Positions 12,901 to 26,319 of a stretch of DNA of 64,000 bases are shown in pieces. How positions within the stretch are numbered: position 1 is the first letter of the stretch; every line of letters starts with the position of its first letter. Origin of the DNA: Lama guanicoe (lineage: Eukaryota); assembly GCA_013239625.1 (NCBI GenBank), contig MU056050.1, forward strand, positions 1,598,084 through 1,662,083, in the 5' to 3' direction. Below the pieces are notes generated by a model. That model searched no databases. It was not told the origin of the DNA and was given only the letters and a program-made list of their open reading frames with translations. The position numbers and the translations under genes were made by a program.

Positions 12901-15900
12901 GAGATCAGTCAAGATGGCAGAGTAGGAGGACATGGAACTCACCTTGCCTTCCAAACACAACCAAAACATATCTAAAAGTGGAAATTAAACTGGAAGCTAA
13001 AAACTAAACTGAAAACTAACTGTAAACTGGCAGAAAGAATCCTGTTCAACAAAGGCTGTAAGAAAGATCCACACCTAATCAGGTAGGAAGGGAAGAAAAG
13101 TGCTAAGGTTGGGATGTGTGTCCCTGGGAGGGGACTCAAGGAAAAGGGAGAATACAAGAGTAGAGACTTGCCCTGGGGAGCGAGTGGTGAGAGCCACAGA
13201 TTGGGTGCCACAGTCCTGAGATCCTACACAGGGGAGATGAGTCCACTGGGACTAAAGCTGTGGGAAGCCTGGACGCAGCTCACTAGGAGCACGTGCATGC
13301 TAGTCTGCCCCCGAGGCAGGGTGGACAGAGATCTGCTCTAGTAGCTGCCAGGTTCCTTGCAACTGCCTCAACCAAACTCAGTGAACACTCCAGCTCTTGC
13401 CTACACTACGTCACGGTGCAGCACTGGGTCTAGGGCTGCCATGACCAGGGAGAACACTTGACCACGGGACACAGAGGTAACACAGTCCTGGGGCAGAACC
13501 AGACTGGGGCAGTGGTGGCCACTTTTGGCACTTACTCAAGCAGCACCTCAGGAGCATCCCAGAACTCTGACAGCAGCTACTTCACCCCAGTTCACACCTG
13601 ACAAACACTGAGAGTCCACACAGGCCCCACCTGCCCTATGGTGTGGCTCCTCAACAGGGCAGGGGCAGTAGAGGCTGGGGACAGTGATCAGCTGGGAGGG
13701 ACAAAGGGGCTTATATCGAGGCTGCATCTGAGTGGAATAAGGGAAACAATTACTGGCGCCTACACAAGTAGTACATCAAAGTGTGTCCAACAGGAACCAA
13801 GAGCACACATGGGTCCCCCTTGCTTCAGATCTCCCCCTCTCTGGGGCAAGGGTCCTAGTGTAGGGAGAAGGGAAAACACACTTATAGGGAACAGAGCCAG
13901 CTCAAGTCAGACTCTCAGGGCTTCTGCTCCAGCAACTTGGGATAAAACTCAGCCCCCAATTGGGTGGTGACAGCAACTGAACAGAGGACAAGTCCCACCT
14001 CACACCTGGCAGCAGCTCTACCTGCTCCATTTACAGCCCCACACACTGCCAAGGTGATAGCGCCAGCACACCCTGAGAAAAGACATGACTTGTATCCAGG
14101 TCAAATCTAGCTCCCCCACTAAAGGCACTGGGCACATGCAGTCTGTATAGGAATGTCCCCACATGACAGCAACCCTTCAAGACTGCACTAGGTAACTGTT
14201 TCACCAAAATTCATAGAGACAGAGAAAGCTAAGCAAAGTGAAAGGGCAGAAGAATTGGTCTCAAATGAAAAAGCAAGAGAAAACCACTGAATAAATAAAT
14301 AATAAAACAAATAATTTACCAGACAAAATAGTCAAAGCATTGGTAAAAAGAATGTTAACAGAATTAAAGAGAAGAGCAGATGAACAAACTGAGAATTTTT
14401 ACAGGAAACTGGAATATAAAAAAGATCCAATCAGAAATGAAGACTTCAATAACTAAAATAAAAAACAGAGTAGAAGGAATGAATAGCAAACTAAGTAATA
14501 CAGAAGAACACATAAGTGATCTGGAAAATAGAATAATGAAAATCACTCAATCAGAAGAGCAAAAAGAAAAACAAATTTAAGAAATAAGAACAGTTTAAGA
14601 GATATCTAGAACAATTCTAAGCATAACAACATTTACGTTATATGGGTCCCAGGAGAAGAAAGAGAAAGAAATCAAAAATGTATTTGAGAAAATCATGACT
14701 GAAAACTTCCCAAACCTGAAGAAGGAAAACTGGTATCCAGGTACAAAAAGTACAAAGGGTCCCAAACAGACCAACACCAAGACATATAACGAAAATGGCA
14801 GAAGTTAAAGGAAGAATTGTAAATGCAGCAAGAGAAACACAGTCATATACAAGGGAACCCTCATAAGGCTATCAACTGATTTTTTTGCAGAAACTTTGCA
14901 GGCCAGAAGGGAGTGGCAAGATATGTTCAAAGTGCTGAAAGGGAAAAACCTGGAACCTAGGATACTCTACTGAGCAAAATTATCATTTAGAATTGAAGGA
15001 GAAATAAAGAACTTCTCAGAAAAACAACAAATAAGAAGTGTTGATCAATTATAAACTTACCCTAAAGTTAAAACGTCATCTCTAAGTGGAAAAGAAGTAA
15101 GAACCTACAGGAAAGGGAAAATCCCACTAGGAAAGGTAAACATATAGTAAGGACTGAGGATCAACCTCTCAAGTAAGCCACTACAAAGATTAAGAGATAA
15201 ACTGTAAAAGCAACTATAGCTATAGTTAAAGGATAAACATGAAAATGTAAAATATGACATCAAGAACACAAAATGTGGGAGAGGGAAATAAAAAAATGCA
15301 GATCTTTTAAAATGTGTTACAACTACTAATTTAAAAAAAGTAGATAGCAATACCACTCCTGGGTATATATCTGGAAAAAATGAAAGCACTAGTTTGAAAA
15401 CATACATGCACCTCAATGTTTGTAGCAGCACTATTTACAATAGCCAAGATCTGGAAGCAAACCCAGTGTCTATTAAAAGATAAATGGATAAAGATGTGGT
15501 TGGTATATAATGGAATATTACTCGGCCATAAAAAAGAATGAAATTCTGCCATGTGCAGCAACATGGATGGACCTAGAAAATATTATGGTTAGTGAAATGA
15601 GTCAGACAGAGAAAGACAAATACTATTCTGATATCACTTATATGTGAAATCTAAAAATTAATTCCAATGAACGTATATAGCAAAACAGACACAGACTCAC
15701 AGATATGGAAAACAAACTAGTGGTTACCAGAGGGAAGAGGGGAGGAAAAAGATGGGGATAAAGGATTAAGAGACACAAACTACTATATATAAAATAAAGC
15801 AACATGGATATATTGTACAGTACATGGAATTATAGACATTACTTTGTAATAACTTTTAATGTAGTATAATCTGTAAAAATATTGAATCACTATGCTGTAT

Positions 15901-15950
15901 ACCTGAAACTAATATAATATTGTAAAAAAATTGTACTTCAATAACAAATA
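12901..15950 (+). mobile_element. L1 with 5' UTR, decayed ORF1 and 3' end but lacking nearly all of ORF2 (HAL1-like structure)
   Basis: 5' end caagatggc. ORF1 remnants about 14230-15070 (coiled coil ITKIKNRVEGMNSKLSNTEEHISDLENR; KGTLIRLSTDF). At about 15345 the inter-ORF spacer joins the ORF2 terminus (agcaataccactcctgggtatatat). 3' UTR runs to 15950. Confidence 0.9.
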
Positions 15951-16019
15951 AATAATGAATGAATGAATGAACAAATGAATGAACTGTAGAGACGTCCCTA
16001 ACAGATATCATAGCTTCTT

Positions 16020-16640
16020 CGGTGCAGAAATAGACAAATAGACCAGTAGAAGTGAAGAAAGAGCCCCAAACTAGACCAAAATTTATAAGGCAACTTGATA
16101 TATGACAGATTCAGTATTGAGATGTGTGAGGAAAAGATGGACTGTTTAATAGTTGGTGTTCTGGTAATTGGTATCCTTATTTTTAAAAAATTAAAATGAA
16201 TTCTTATTTCACATCTCACACAAAAATCAGTTCTAAATGGATTTTAAAATTAAGTGTAAAAGTCAAAACTTAAAAATTTTTACATTGCAAAATAGGAAAA
16301 TACCTTTATGACTGTAGAGTAGGAAAGGATTTCTTTAACCAAAGCAACAACAACAAAAACTAATAAAATATTTGGGGAACTTGACTCTATTAACATTAAG
16401 AACACTATGGTGTTCATCAACAGACACCACAAAAATTGAGGAAAAACATGTCACAACTGGAAAGATATATTTGCAATCTGTATCACGGAAAAACAATTAG
16501 CATCCAGATATCTCTTGCTAAACAATTTTTAAATTGAAAAATGGACATAAATATAAATTGAGGAGTAGCCAATTAAAATATGAACAAATACTCAACCTCA
16601 TTACTAATCCTGAAAATTAAAGTCATAATAAAAACCAGTT
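16020..16640 (+). mobile_element. Very old L1M(E) ORF2 fragment
   Basis: Degenerate ORF2 3' region text, e.g. aatagacaaatagacc...caacttgatatatgaca...aaggatttcttt. Confidence 0.7.
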
Positions 16641-16644
16641 TTGC

Positions 16645-18340
16645 ACGAAAGGAGCTTGGAAGATATTGCTCCACCCTACCAACAAGTAAAAGGCTGAACT
16701 GACTGAAAAATTAACAATTTTTGAATCCCTGAAAGAGGGGAGTACAAAGGGGAAACCACTGCCCCCAAGAATGGAGAGACTGAGAAATAAAGAGTGTTAT
16801 CACTTACCTGAGCAGAGACTTACTAGCAGAAACACCATTGAGAACCAGTACCGAGGTAGAAAAGCCTGAGCTGTAACTGTTGAATTTATGGAGTTCTGTG
16901 TCAACAACTCTAAGAGTTAAAAAAATCTAGGGAAATCCAGTCATATGGAGGTCTCCACAATATTGTGAGATTTACCTCTAGGAGCTCAAGCAGATTCTCA
17001 CAGTAAATATCGGAGAAAAATCCTTTTGTGCTTCTGGCAGAGGGAGGGGAAAAGGAGCCATTTTGAAATAAGCCAGAGCACCTTTGTTCTTTTCAACAAG
17101 GTCTGCTATCAGAAGAAACTCGTTATCTGGAATCTAAGCTGCTAGGGTATAATCAGAACCTTACTGACCTCTGGGGAAGGGAAATCCCAACTCCAGTCAG
17201 CTGTACCTTCCACATGGGAGAACTGAAATATCCGACTCTAGCGTGATTAGTCATCTTGTCCCACCTGTGTGGGTAGAAAAACAGAAACACCTGCGAAGTT
17301 CACAATCCAGCGACACAGGCTCATGAAAAGACTGAGACCTAACCATTCAACAATAAAAAAATAAAAACCCCACTTGAAATGAGCCAATGGTTTTAACAGA
17401 CTCTTCATCAAAGAAGGTATACAGATGGCAAATAAGCATATGAGAAGACATCTCATATTATATGCCATCAGGGAGATATAAATTAAAACAAGAAGATACC
17501 ACTATTAGAATGACCAAAACCTGGAGCACTGACACCACCAAATGCTGACAAGGATGTGAAGCAACAGAACTCTTATTCCTCACTAGTGGGAATGCAAAAT
17601 AGTATAGCCATTTTGGAAGACATTTTGATGGTTTCTTACAAAACTAGACATACTCTTACTATAGTATCCAAAAATCACACTCCTTGGTATTTACCCAAAG
17701 GAGTTGAAACTTATTTGCATATAAAAATCTGCATGCAGATGTTTATATCAGCTTTATTCATAATTGCCAAAACTTGGAAGCAACCAAGATGTCCTTCAGT
17801 AGATTAATGAATGATATTTGGTAATCCAGACAATGGAATATTATTCAGTGCTAAAAAGAAATGATCTATCAAGCCATAAAAAACATGAAGGAAATTGAAA
17901 TGCATATTACTAAGTGAAAGAGGCCAATCTGAAAAGGCTTCATACTGTGTGATTCCAATTATATGACATTCAGGAAAAGGCAAAACTATGGAGACAGTAA
18001 AAACATCAGTGGTTCCCAGGGTTGAGGGAGGAAAGGAATGAATAGATGGAGTACAGAGGATTTTCAGGGCAGTGTAATGAAACCATAATGATGGATACAT
18101 GTCATTATACATTTGTCCAAACCCACAGTGTATACAACACCAAGAGTGAACCATATGTAAACTATAGACTTCAGGTGATTATGTATCCATGTAGAATAAC
18201 CAACTGTAACAAATGTCCAACTGTGGTGGAGGATGTTGATAATGAAGGGGGCTATGCATGTGTGGGAACATATGAGAAATCTCTGTACCTTAACCTCAAT
18301 TTTGCTGTGAACCTAAAACTGCTCTAAAAAAGTAAAGTTT
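16645..18340 (+). mobile_element. L1MC1-like element: 5' UTR-like part (16645-17340) abutting the ORF2 end and 3' UTR (17340-18340)
   Basis: The 3' part matches the L1MC1 end (atggatacatgtcattatacatttgtccaaacccaca...aacaccaagagtgaacc...tttgctgtgaacctaaaactgctctaaaaa). The 5' assignment is from memory and less certain. Confidence 0.75.
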
Positions 18341-18808
18341 TAATACAAACATTTTTTAACAGTGAAATTTAAAAAAAGAATTATAGCGGCAAGGACTTTC
18401 AGAGGTTATCTAACACACATTTATTTGCTAGACAAGGAGAAAGAGGACAAGAGGGAAAAATCCACTCCTCCAGCTTTCCAGTTAATTCCTCTAGATTAAA
18501 AAAAATAGGCAAAACAATGATCTTCCATTGGAGTTTTGTTTGGGGATTAAAGGAGTGTAATAAATGGTTTGGGTTTCCTTCTCTTTCACAAACTGATTCT
18601 GTTTCTGCACCATTTGCTAATTCTATCTTAGGTCTAGGACAAGATGGTAGCAGGGTGAGGGTGAAGTCAGAAGGTGGTAAGTTGGGGGAAAGGAGAAGGA
18701 GGAATACTTAAAGACAAACTTCGAGAATTTTTATTTTCCAAAGGAAACGCACAATTAGGATAAATGCCTTCTGCCAATCACTTTTCTTGTTTAGCTATTA
18801 CTTCAGAG

Positions 18809-19015
18809 CAGTGCTGTCCTAGCACTTTCTGTGATTAAAGAAATGTTTTATTTCTGTGTTGTCCAATATGGTCGTCACTAGCCACATGTGGTTTACTGAG
18901 CACTTGAAATATGGCTAGTTTGACAGAGGAATGCATTTTTTATTTTTTAAGATTTTAATTAATTTAAATTTAAATAGCCACACATGGCTAGTGGCTACCA
19001 TATTGGACAGAGCAG
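18809..19015 (+). mobile_element. MER3 (hAT-Charlie non-autonomous DNA transposon)
   Basis: Termini CAGTGCTGTCC...GGACAGAGCAG, internal tagccacatgtgg repeats, degenerate 8-bp TSD CTTCAGAG/CTCTAGAG. Confidence 0.92.
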
Positions 19016-19700
19016 CTCTAGAGCCAAAAAGCAAAACTTTTCACTCAGGCTGGATGGTCTTCCTTGTTTTACTTCAAGAAATTGCTCAAGATGACCAGAT
19101 CAGGAACACATCTTTTACTATACATTTTATGGTGCCAAAAATCCCAAGTGTTACCTTTGAGATACCAAATATCTTAAACAAGATTTTTTTCCTCTCTGAC
19201 AATAGTTCACCTATCCTCACGCCAAAAGTCTAAATTGTAGTATAAGTTGCATGATAGTATGATGTAGATTCATGTCTAAATGCAAGGCTTATATTAAGCC
19301 TACTCTGCCTTTCCCTGAGATACTTATTTTCTGTGGTATGACTCTGATTTACCTCACAGAACTGTTGTGAACATCTGTAGAAATTGATACAGAATAACTT
19401 TAAATGTTATGAAAAGGTAGAGTCTGGATTATCCACATTTGATAGATGCAAAAACTGACACCTAGTAGGTGCAGTGACAGGCCACACTGATCTAAAAGTG
19501 GTAGAGCCTAGATGAGAACACAGGCTTCCAGAAGTCTTCTCTGGGGGATTTATAAGTACAGATTTCATGTACTGCAATAAAAAGTGACCCTGTACATCCC
19601 ATGCATTCCACGACCAGAGCCAAGAGGAGAGTAGGGGAGGAAGGGAGATGCATACAGGTTACCAAAGTAACATAGTTCAAATGAATATTATAATTTTCAC

Positions 19701-20005
19701 TTGCTGATTTGGCCACTACAGAATCACAGTTCAATTACAGAATTTCCTTGCCTACTAAGACAAGTTGTTCTAATGGCACTTTGCAATGATTTCTATGACC
19801 AAATTCCTGGTGCTGTTTTATGTCCTTGGATAAATGTTTGTGTTGTCCCATCATATTTGTGTCTAAAATCTGCTTTAAAATGTCACCCAGCATATCACAG
19901 ATCCCACACTCCATTGTTAGAGTGGTTGACAAAATTCTTAAATGGTTTTTCGGGATTGCTTCTCTTTTGCTCAGATAATAGTTCAAAGCAAATGAATGCA
20001 TACTT
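19701..20005 (-). pseudogene. Candidate exon remnant
   Basis: Acceptor ...ggttagttatag. Phase-0 frame KYAFICFELLSEQKRSNPEKPFKNFVNHSNNGVWDL*YAG*HFKADFRHKYDG (both stops TGA). 3' boundary uncertain. Confidence 0.6.
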
Positions 20006-20619
20006 CTATAACTAACCGATGAGGAAGTGCATCCTGGAATTAATACGTTATGCACACACGGACTTGGTGTCAACCAGACTTCCCTTCCCTCCTCACCCCA
20101 CCATCATTTTTTTAAAATCAAGTCAAAATTTTGCAAAAATCCCAGAGACAGCTCTCGGGCATCTTCCTTAGCCCATAAATTTGGTTAAGTGATCTGGAAC
20201 AAACAAATCCAGCCCAGATGGAAAATTTTAGGGAAAGAGTCTCTTTAAATGGGTCTTGATTTATTTCACAGTGTTTTGCTCCAGCATGAAAACAAGGACC
20301 ACTGAATGCTTTAAAAGATTTTTTTTCCCTTTTTATTTATGTACTACCATTGCTGAAGCATCATTACTAGGTAACTGTGTTATTATTGGGGAAATTTTGT
20401 TGACAACAGAGTAAGTTCTCAAACGCTCCCTCTCCTATCTAGTTCTATTTGTCTTCACTAGGATGAATTTTTGTACCTTTTAACACACCTTAATTTGTTA
20501 TTTATAAAAATCCTACATTTTGTGAGTTTTGCATGCCATTGTCTAATTGACTTCCTCTTTCATCAGCCAGGCAACACATTTTACTGCAATATTTCTTAAA
20601 AGGTTTTCCTGTCAGACAC

Positions 20620-20718
20620 CCACATCAAAATCAGCTGGGGTAGGGAATTCATAAAATGCAGATCTTTGAACCATACTCTAGATAAATACCACTCACAGTA
20701 AAGTTTGAGAGCCACTGC
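20620..20718 (+). mobile_element. MER5-like hAT fragment
   Basis: aaaatgcagat...aaagtttgagagccactgctttag. Confidence 0.6.
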
Positions 20719-20873
20719 TTTAGTGAAAGCCTGCTCTTCATAGAGCAGTCTTCTAGATGTAGGGCAAATGAAAAGAACAATAACAAAGCATAATTCTTCA
20801 GATACTTGAGAAGTCATAGTCACCTGACCATGACTCAGAACTATATCTGATTATCAAATTTAAACTAATTTAC

Positions 20874-21102
20874 CTCAGTAACCAAATAACCAGAAGAAAG
20901 TGAGAGAAACTGCAGCAGGGCAAAAACAGCATTTGTATCTAAAACAAGTACATAATATCTCTATACAGTTAATCCAATTTATTGCTACCTCAGTCATCAT
21001 AAAAATTCCAGACCCAGGATACTGTGCTGCAATACTAGATCATTTTCCATGGCCAGTACAACATTACTAACTTCATAAATTAAAGAAAACATTACCAGGT
21101 AC
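20874..21102 (-). pseudogene. Two candidate exons (21102-21014, 20938-20874) separated by a 75-nt intron
   Basis: Acceptors tttttacattgcag and cttgttttag; final donor GAG|GTAAAT. The spliced frame is stop-free: (W)YLVMFSLIYEVSNVVLAMENDLVLQHSILDTNAVFALLQFLSLSSGYLVTE. Confidence 0.65.
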
Positions 21103-21727
21103 CTGCAATGTAAAAAGTACCAGATTCGCACTGTAGTTTGAAGTTGAGTCCTAAAAAGTGGTTTGTGAGAAAGGGCTCATGTTTCAAACTTAACCTTTAC
21201 TTGAAAGTAAAGTACCATCAACCAAAACATTTTTTAGTTAACTATATTTTTCAGGAACTGTTATTCCAACAGGAGCAGTACAGGCAACATGACTAGATTA
21301 GTGTGTGTGTGTGTGCGCGTATGTGTGTAGCAAAGTAAGGTTAATAGATGCCTGAATCTTATGCATTTTTAAACATCACCCTATGGAGTTTGCATAAGTC
21401 TGATTTCTGATACTTCAGAAGCAAATAAACCCAATGATTACAATATTCTATATGATTGTAAAGCAACACATGCAAAACCAATTTACCTCTCATCATTTAA
21501 AGTATTTGAGCAGAAATAATTTTGAAAGAAGTTAACATGCGCCTACATATGTGTTATGAATGAAATTACAATCAGTTTCTTAAAATTAAACATATTTATT
21601 CTGCCTTGTAATGCGAATGCTTGATATACATGGCACAGAAAAATAATCAGGCCTATTTCAATCCAAAATAAGACTCAACACAGCTTGGATAAGAAAATAA
21701 AGACAACTATCGCTATATTTGGAGTAA

Positions 21728-22571
21728 CAGTCATTTCCCCTTACCCACAGTTTCATTTTCTGTGGCTTCAGTTACCTGCAGTCAACCGTGGTCTGAAAAT
21801 ATTAAATGCAAAATTTCAGAAATAAACAATCATAAGTTTTAAATTGTGTGCTGTTCTGTGTAACGTGATGAAATCTCATGCTATCCTGTTCCGTCCTGCC
21901 TGGACGTGAATCAGCCCTTCGTCCAGTGTATCTCGCTCATTAGTCACTTCATAGCCTCCTCCGTCATCAGCTCAGCTGTTGTGGTATCACAGTGCTTGTG
22001 TTCAAGTAATCCTTATTTTGTTTAATAACAGCCCCAAAGCACACGAGGAGTTATGCTGGCTATTTTGATGTGCCAAAGAGAGGCCATAAAGTGCTTCCTT
22101 TAAGTGAAAAGGTGAAACTTCTTGACTTAATAAGGAAAAAATAAGTTGTATGCTGAGGTTGCTAAAATCTACAGAAAGAATGAATCTTCTAGCCTTGAAA
22201 TTGTGAAGAAAAAAAAAATCATCCTAGTTTTGCTGTCACACTTCAAACTGCAAAAGTTTGTGGCAAAAAGCCACAGTGCATGATAAATGCTTAGTTAAAA
22301 TGGAAAAGGAGTTAGGTTTGTACAGTAAGATACTTTGAGAGAGACAAAGACCACATTCACATAACTTTTACTACAATATATTGCTATAACTGCTCTATTT
22401 TATTATTGTTGTTGTTCATCTCTTACTTTGAGTAATTTATCAATTCAACTTTATTGTAAGTGTGTATATATAGGAAAAAATATATTATATATAGGGCTTG
22501 GTACTATTCAAGGTTTCAGGCATCCACTGCAGGTCTTGGAACACATCCCGGTGGATAAGAGGGGAGTATTT
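21728..22571 (+). mobile_element. MER44/Tigger7-derived TcMar DNA transposon
   Basis: Left end cagtcatttccccttaccca...gtcaaccgtggtctgaaaatattaaatg; inverted right end gtggataagaggggagta. Confidence 0.9.
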
Positions 22572-22879
22572 TATCCTATTTATGGGCATATTTATACAAC
22601 AGCACTTACTATCAACAGAGTCAGGGTATGATGCTGGCCAAGATGGGTGATGTGGAAGTAAACTTCATTCCACCTAGCAATGATCCTCCAGTCTAGTTGG
22701 GAAAATAAAATAATTCTTATGGCAACAATTTGATGTCTCCAGGGCCAATTATAAGCAAATGGAAACTCACATAGTGTGCACCACATATAACTCCTAGGGA
22801 AAGCACTGCTACAATTGCTAAGTGTCTGGAGAGGTTAACTTACAAGGGCTTCCTGGAAGCCCCACCAAAAACAATAACT

Positions 22880-23140
22880 ATACGCCATGTACTGAGGATA
22901 CAGTAGTGGACAAGTTAAATATAAGTTCTGCTTTCACAGACTTTAGTGGAAAAGACACTAAAATAAAATGAGTGCAGAGAATATTACGAATAGGAAGTAC
23001 AGGTGCTGTGGTGGTTCTAACCCAGTTCTGAGGCCAGGGAAGGCCTCCTTGAGGAGCTAAAGGCTCTGAGGCACAAATGAGCACCATGTGTCCAAGAAAC
23101 TGACAGAGAAGCAGTCAGACTGGAGCAGAGTTTGAGGTAG
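22880..23140 (-). mobile_element. L2 fragment
   Basis: actgaggatacagtagtggacaag...ggccagggaaggcctccttgaggag. Confidence 0.6.
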
Positions 23141-25129
23141 AAATAGCAAAAAAAAAAACAACAAAAAAAAAGAGGCTACAGAGGCACATGAAGTGGGAAG
23201 ATTTAAGATTAAACATTGCATCTTAAAGTGAAAATTAAATCTGCAAAATGGGATTAAATGGGATTATTCTTATTCAGTGACCTAGAATTAAATGCAAATG
23301 TCAAGGTTTTTCCCTTTATATCTTCTTCTATTTAATAGCTTATTTGTGTAAGAGAAACTGGATCCACCAGTGATGCATCAAAGAAATATATATATGTGAA
23401 AGAACTGCTGTCATTAATTAGTCTCTAGATTTTTAGATGCTTCAAATTTGAACATGACTATAATCTGATCTGAAAGGTAAGTTGTTTCAGGGTCAGCCAG
23501 ATTGTTTTGCCATTACATTACTGTTATTATTTCAAACTATAAAATTTCCAAATTTTCAGACTAAGGTTGCAAATACAGTCATATAAAACCATTTAAAGAT
23601 TTAATGAATAAAATGTCAGTATAATGCACTCCATCACTCATGTTTGGAGATCATATAGCAAAGACATGAAAGCTAAACAGTAAAAACTCACACACGCTGA
23701 CATCATCATGTACAAAAGACATTTCAGCAGACGCACATTTGACTTTGTGAACACTTTTAATGACTTAAAGGAGATGTAGCTGAATTCTACAGACGGCACC
23801 ATGTGCTAAAATATTGGTGGTGGAGAGGGGGCAGGGTGTTTTTAACACAGGTTTTACAGATTTATTTGCTTCCAAGACAGGTAAGCAAGAGTCATAGGAC
23901 CTGAGTTGTTTCTCAAAGAATAAATGGTGGTTAGATCAACAAGAGGCCCAAACTGAGAAATAATTTTGTCTTTAAGCTTCAAACTGCTGCACTGGCATCA
24001 AGAACTAAAAGTTCCAAAGTCAATCAGGTTAGTAGGAATAAGTATTATAATTCAAACATGTGACCCTTGGAAAACTCTAAGCTGCATTGTATTCTATGTC
24101 TTTGGCATGTGTCATATCAAAAGATACTGTAGAGCAGAGCATTGAAAAACTGCTGGGATTTATTAGATACAAGTCATAACCATTATTCCATTTACCTCTT
24201 TCTAATGACGATTGGGCTACACATCCTTTTTAATATGACTTATGACCATTTCTTTAACATTTCTTATGAAAATAGATTAATCTGTCTATAACGTTTCTGT
24301 TATCATAATTCAGACAACCTAAGCCACATAGCTGCCTGGAACTTAAGCATTTTGCCATTGGAGAAGGTGGGGCATCTGCAGCTTAATGGTATGAGGACTA
24401 TGGGAAAGGGACTAGTTCATACGAGTGCACAAGAGGCATAAGAATATGGGAGAACTGCCTATGATTCGGTATTAGATGTGGCCTAATATAAACAGTAAGT
24501 CATAGTAGCTGGAGAGCAAATGAGACAAAGATGATGGAGAGCAGTGCCAGGATTCTGGTTGAGTAACTTGAGTTACTTACTAGGGGGCACAGAATAAATA
24601 TGACCCCCCACCACCACCACCAACCAGGGAAATTGTAGTGCTAAACAGGGAAAGTAAAGCATAGAGATGACAAACAAATTCCAGCCCCAGCAGCTGGGGG
24701 GTTGAGACTACTGAGATCAAGGTACTTGTCACCACAGTCAGAGCTGCCTAGGCTGGACTAAACAAGGCACAGGGTGTGGGGGAGCACATCAGGAACTCCA
24801 GCTACAGGGGTGTGTATAACAGATAGCTCATGGCACTCTAAACACTCACCATACCCAAAGTGACAAACTATAAAAAGTGATACTTTGCAAAGAAGTTGGC
24901 AGGCTTTTTGTCTCCTGACCTAACCACACTGAACACACTGTTTAGAGCAGATCAGAAATCAATCTGTCCCTAGACAAAAGAAAGAGTTACCAGACCTTAT
25001 TGGGCACAGGAACTACCCAACAGAGGCCTATTCTATTGGACAGTGACTAATGAATCGGTCAAATAATCACATCCTTTCTCTTGGGTAACTTGAACATGAG
25101 CCATGTACTTTAGAACTTTTAATCATTCA

Positions 25130-25810
25130 CTGGCATGCCTGTGTGCCTCTTCTCATTCTGTCCCCTTAACTTGGAACACCTTTTAATCTTTTCCCCTACT
25201 GGTAAAATCCTAAATCTTTAAGGTTTATTTCAAAATGTTATCTCCTCTGTGAAGCCTTCCCTGAATCTTCAGGTAGGTTTAGCCCCATCTTCCTTTGCTT
25301 GCTTTTCTGACTTTTTCCCAAGTCTTTAAGGAATAGTCTCCAAATTCCTTAAAGGCTGAACTGATCTCTTATCTATTTTTATTCCCCAGCATTTAACACG
25401 GCATTAGATGCATTAATGCAAGATGCAAGAACTAACCTTTAATAAAGTACACTGTGTACCAGAAACCATTATAAAAACTTTAAATGTATTAACTCATTTA
25501 ATCTTTGTAAAAACTCTGTCATGTAGTTACTGTTATTATAGATGAGGAAATCAAAGCACGGAAAGATTAGACTTGATCCTGGGTCACAGCTTATATGTGA
25601 CAGGCAGAATTGAAACTTACGCAATCTAGCTCCAAGATTAGCATGTGTTCAATAAATATTTGTAGAGGGCAATAAAATATAACAATAGAGAGGGAACTTA
25701 GAAAATCACCTTGGAAGTTCTCTTTTTACAGATGGGGAAAATGATATCTGGAAAGCTGGCAAAGAGGGAGTTAGCAGTTAGTGGCAAAAAGGAAATGATA
25801 ATTTGGATTT
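25130..25810. mobile_element. Cluster of L2 (+) and MIR (-) fragments
   Basis: L2 motif tctcctctgtgaagccttccctga; MIR motifs tatagatgaggaaatcaaagcacgga and tttacagatggggaaa. Confidence 0.65.
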
Positions 25811-26319
25811 TATGTTTTTCTACTCATACCGCTTAACGTTGCTTTCCTCAAAAGCTGTCTCTAAAATAGTTTAAAAATAATTTCCAAGAACCCATCAAAC
25901 TGATCTCTTATTGCCTCACTAAATTCAGTTCTCTTCACCTGAATCAAATATAGCAAAAAAGAATAAGGAAGGAGATTATCTTTGTTTTTAGAGGAGAGAT
26001 TCTTAAGTCCTTGCTCTATTATTTATTATGTATGTTTTTATTCAAGTATGAGTAATATCACTCGATAAATCACAAATCCATTTTAATAGATTTTATTAAG
26101 CCTATTAGCATGTATCCATAGTGAAGAAGATTCCCAAATCCCTAACTTGCCCCAACAACAACCATTACTCTATTTTGTGCCCCTCTGTTTTTTTGTAGAC
26201 TCTTTTACATGAACTTTCAGGCATATTCTCCAATTGTTTATTCTGTTTTAATTTTTTTCCTCTTCCTTCTACCCCTAGACCTGTGCATTCTTCTAAAATG
26301 CCAATCCCAGGTAACTTAC

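Noticed and set aside
19735..20073. 112-aa minus-strand ORF as a stand-alone gene
   Set aside because: No ATG start or recognisable domain. It overlaps a candidate pseudo-exon whose phase-consistent frame is the neighbouring one; kept only as an alternative frame.
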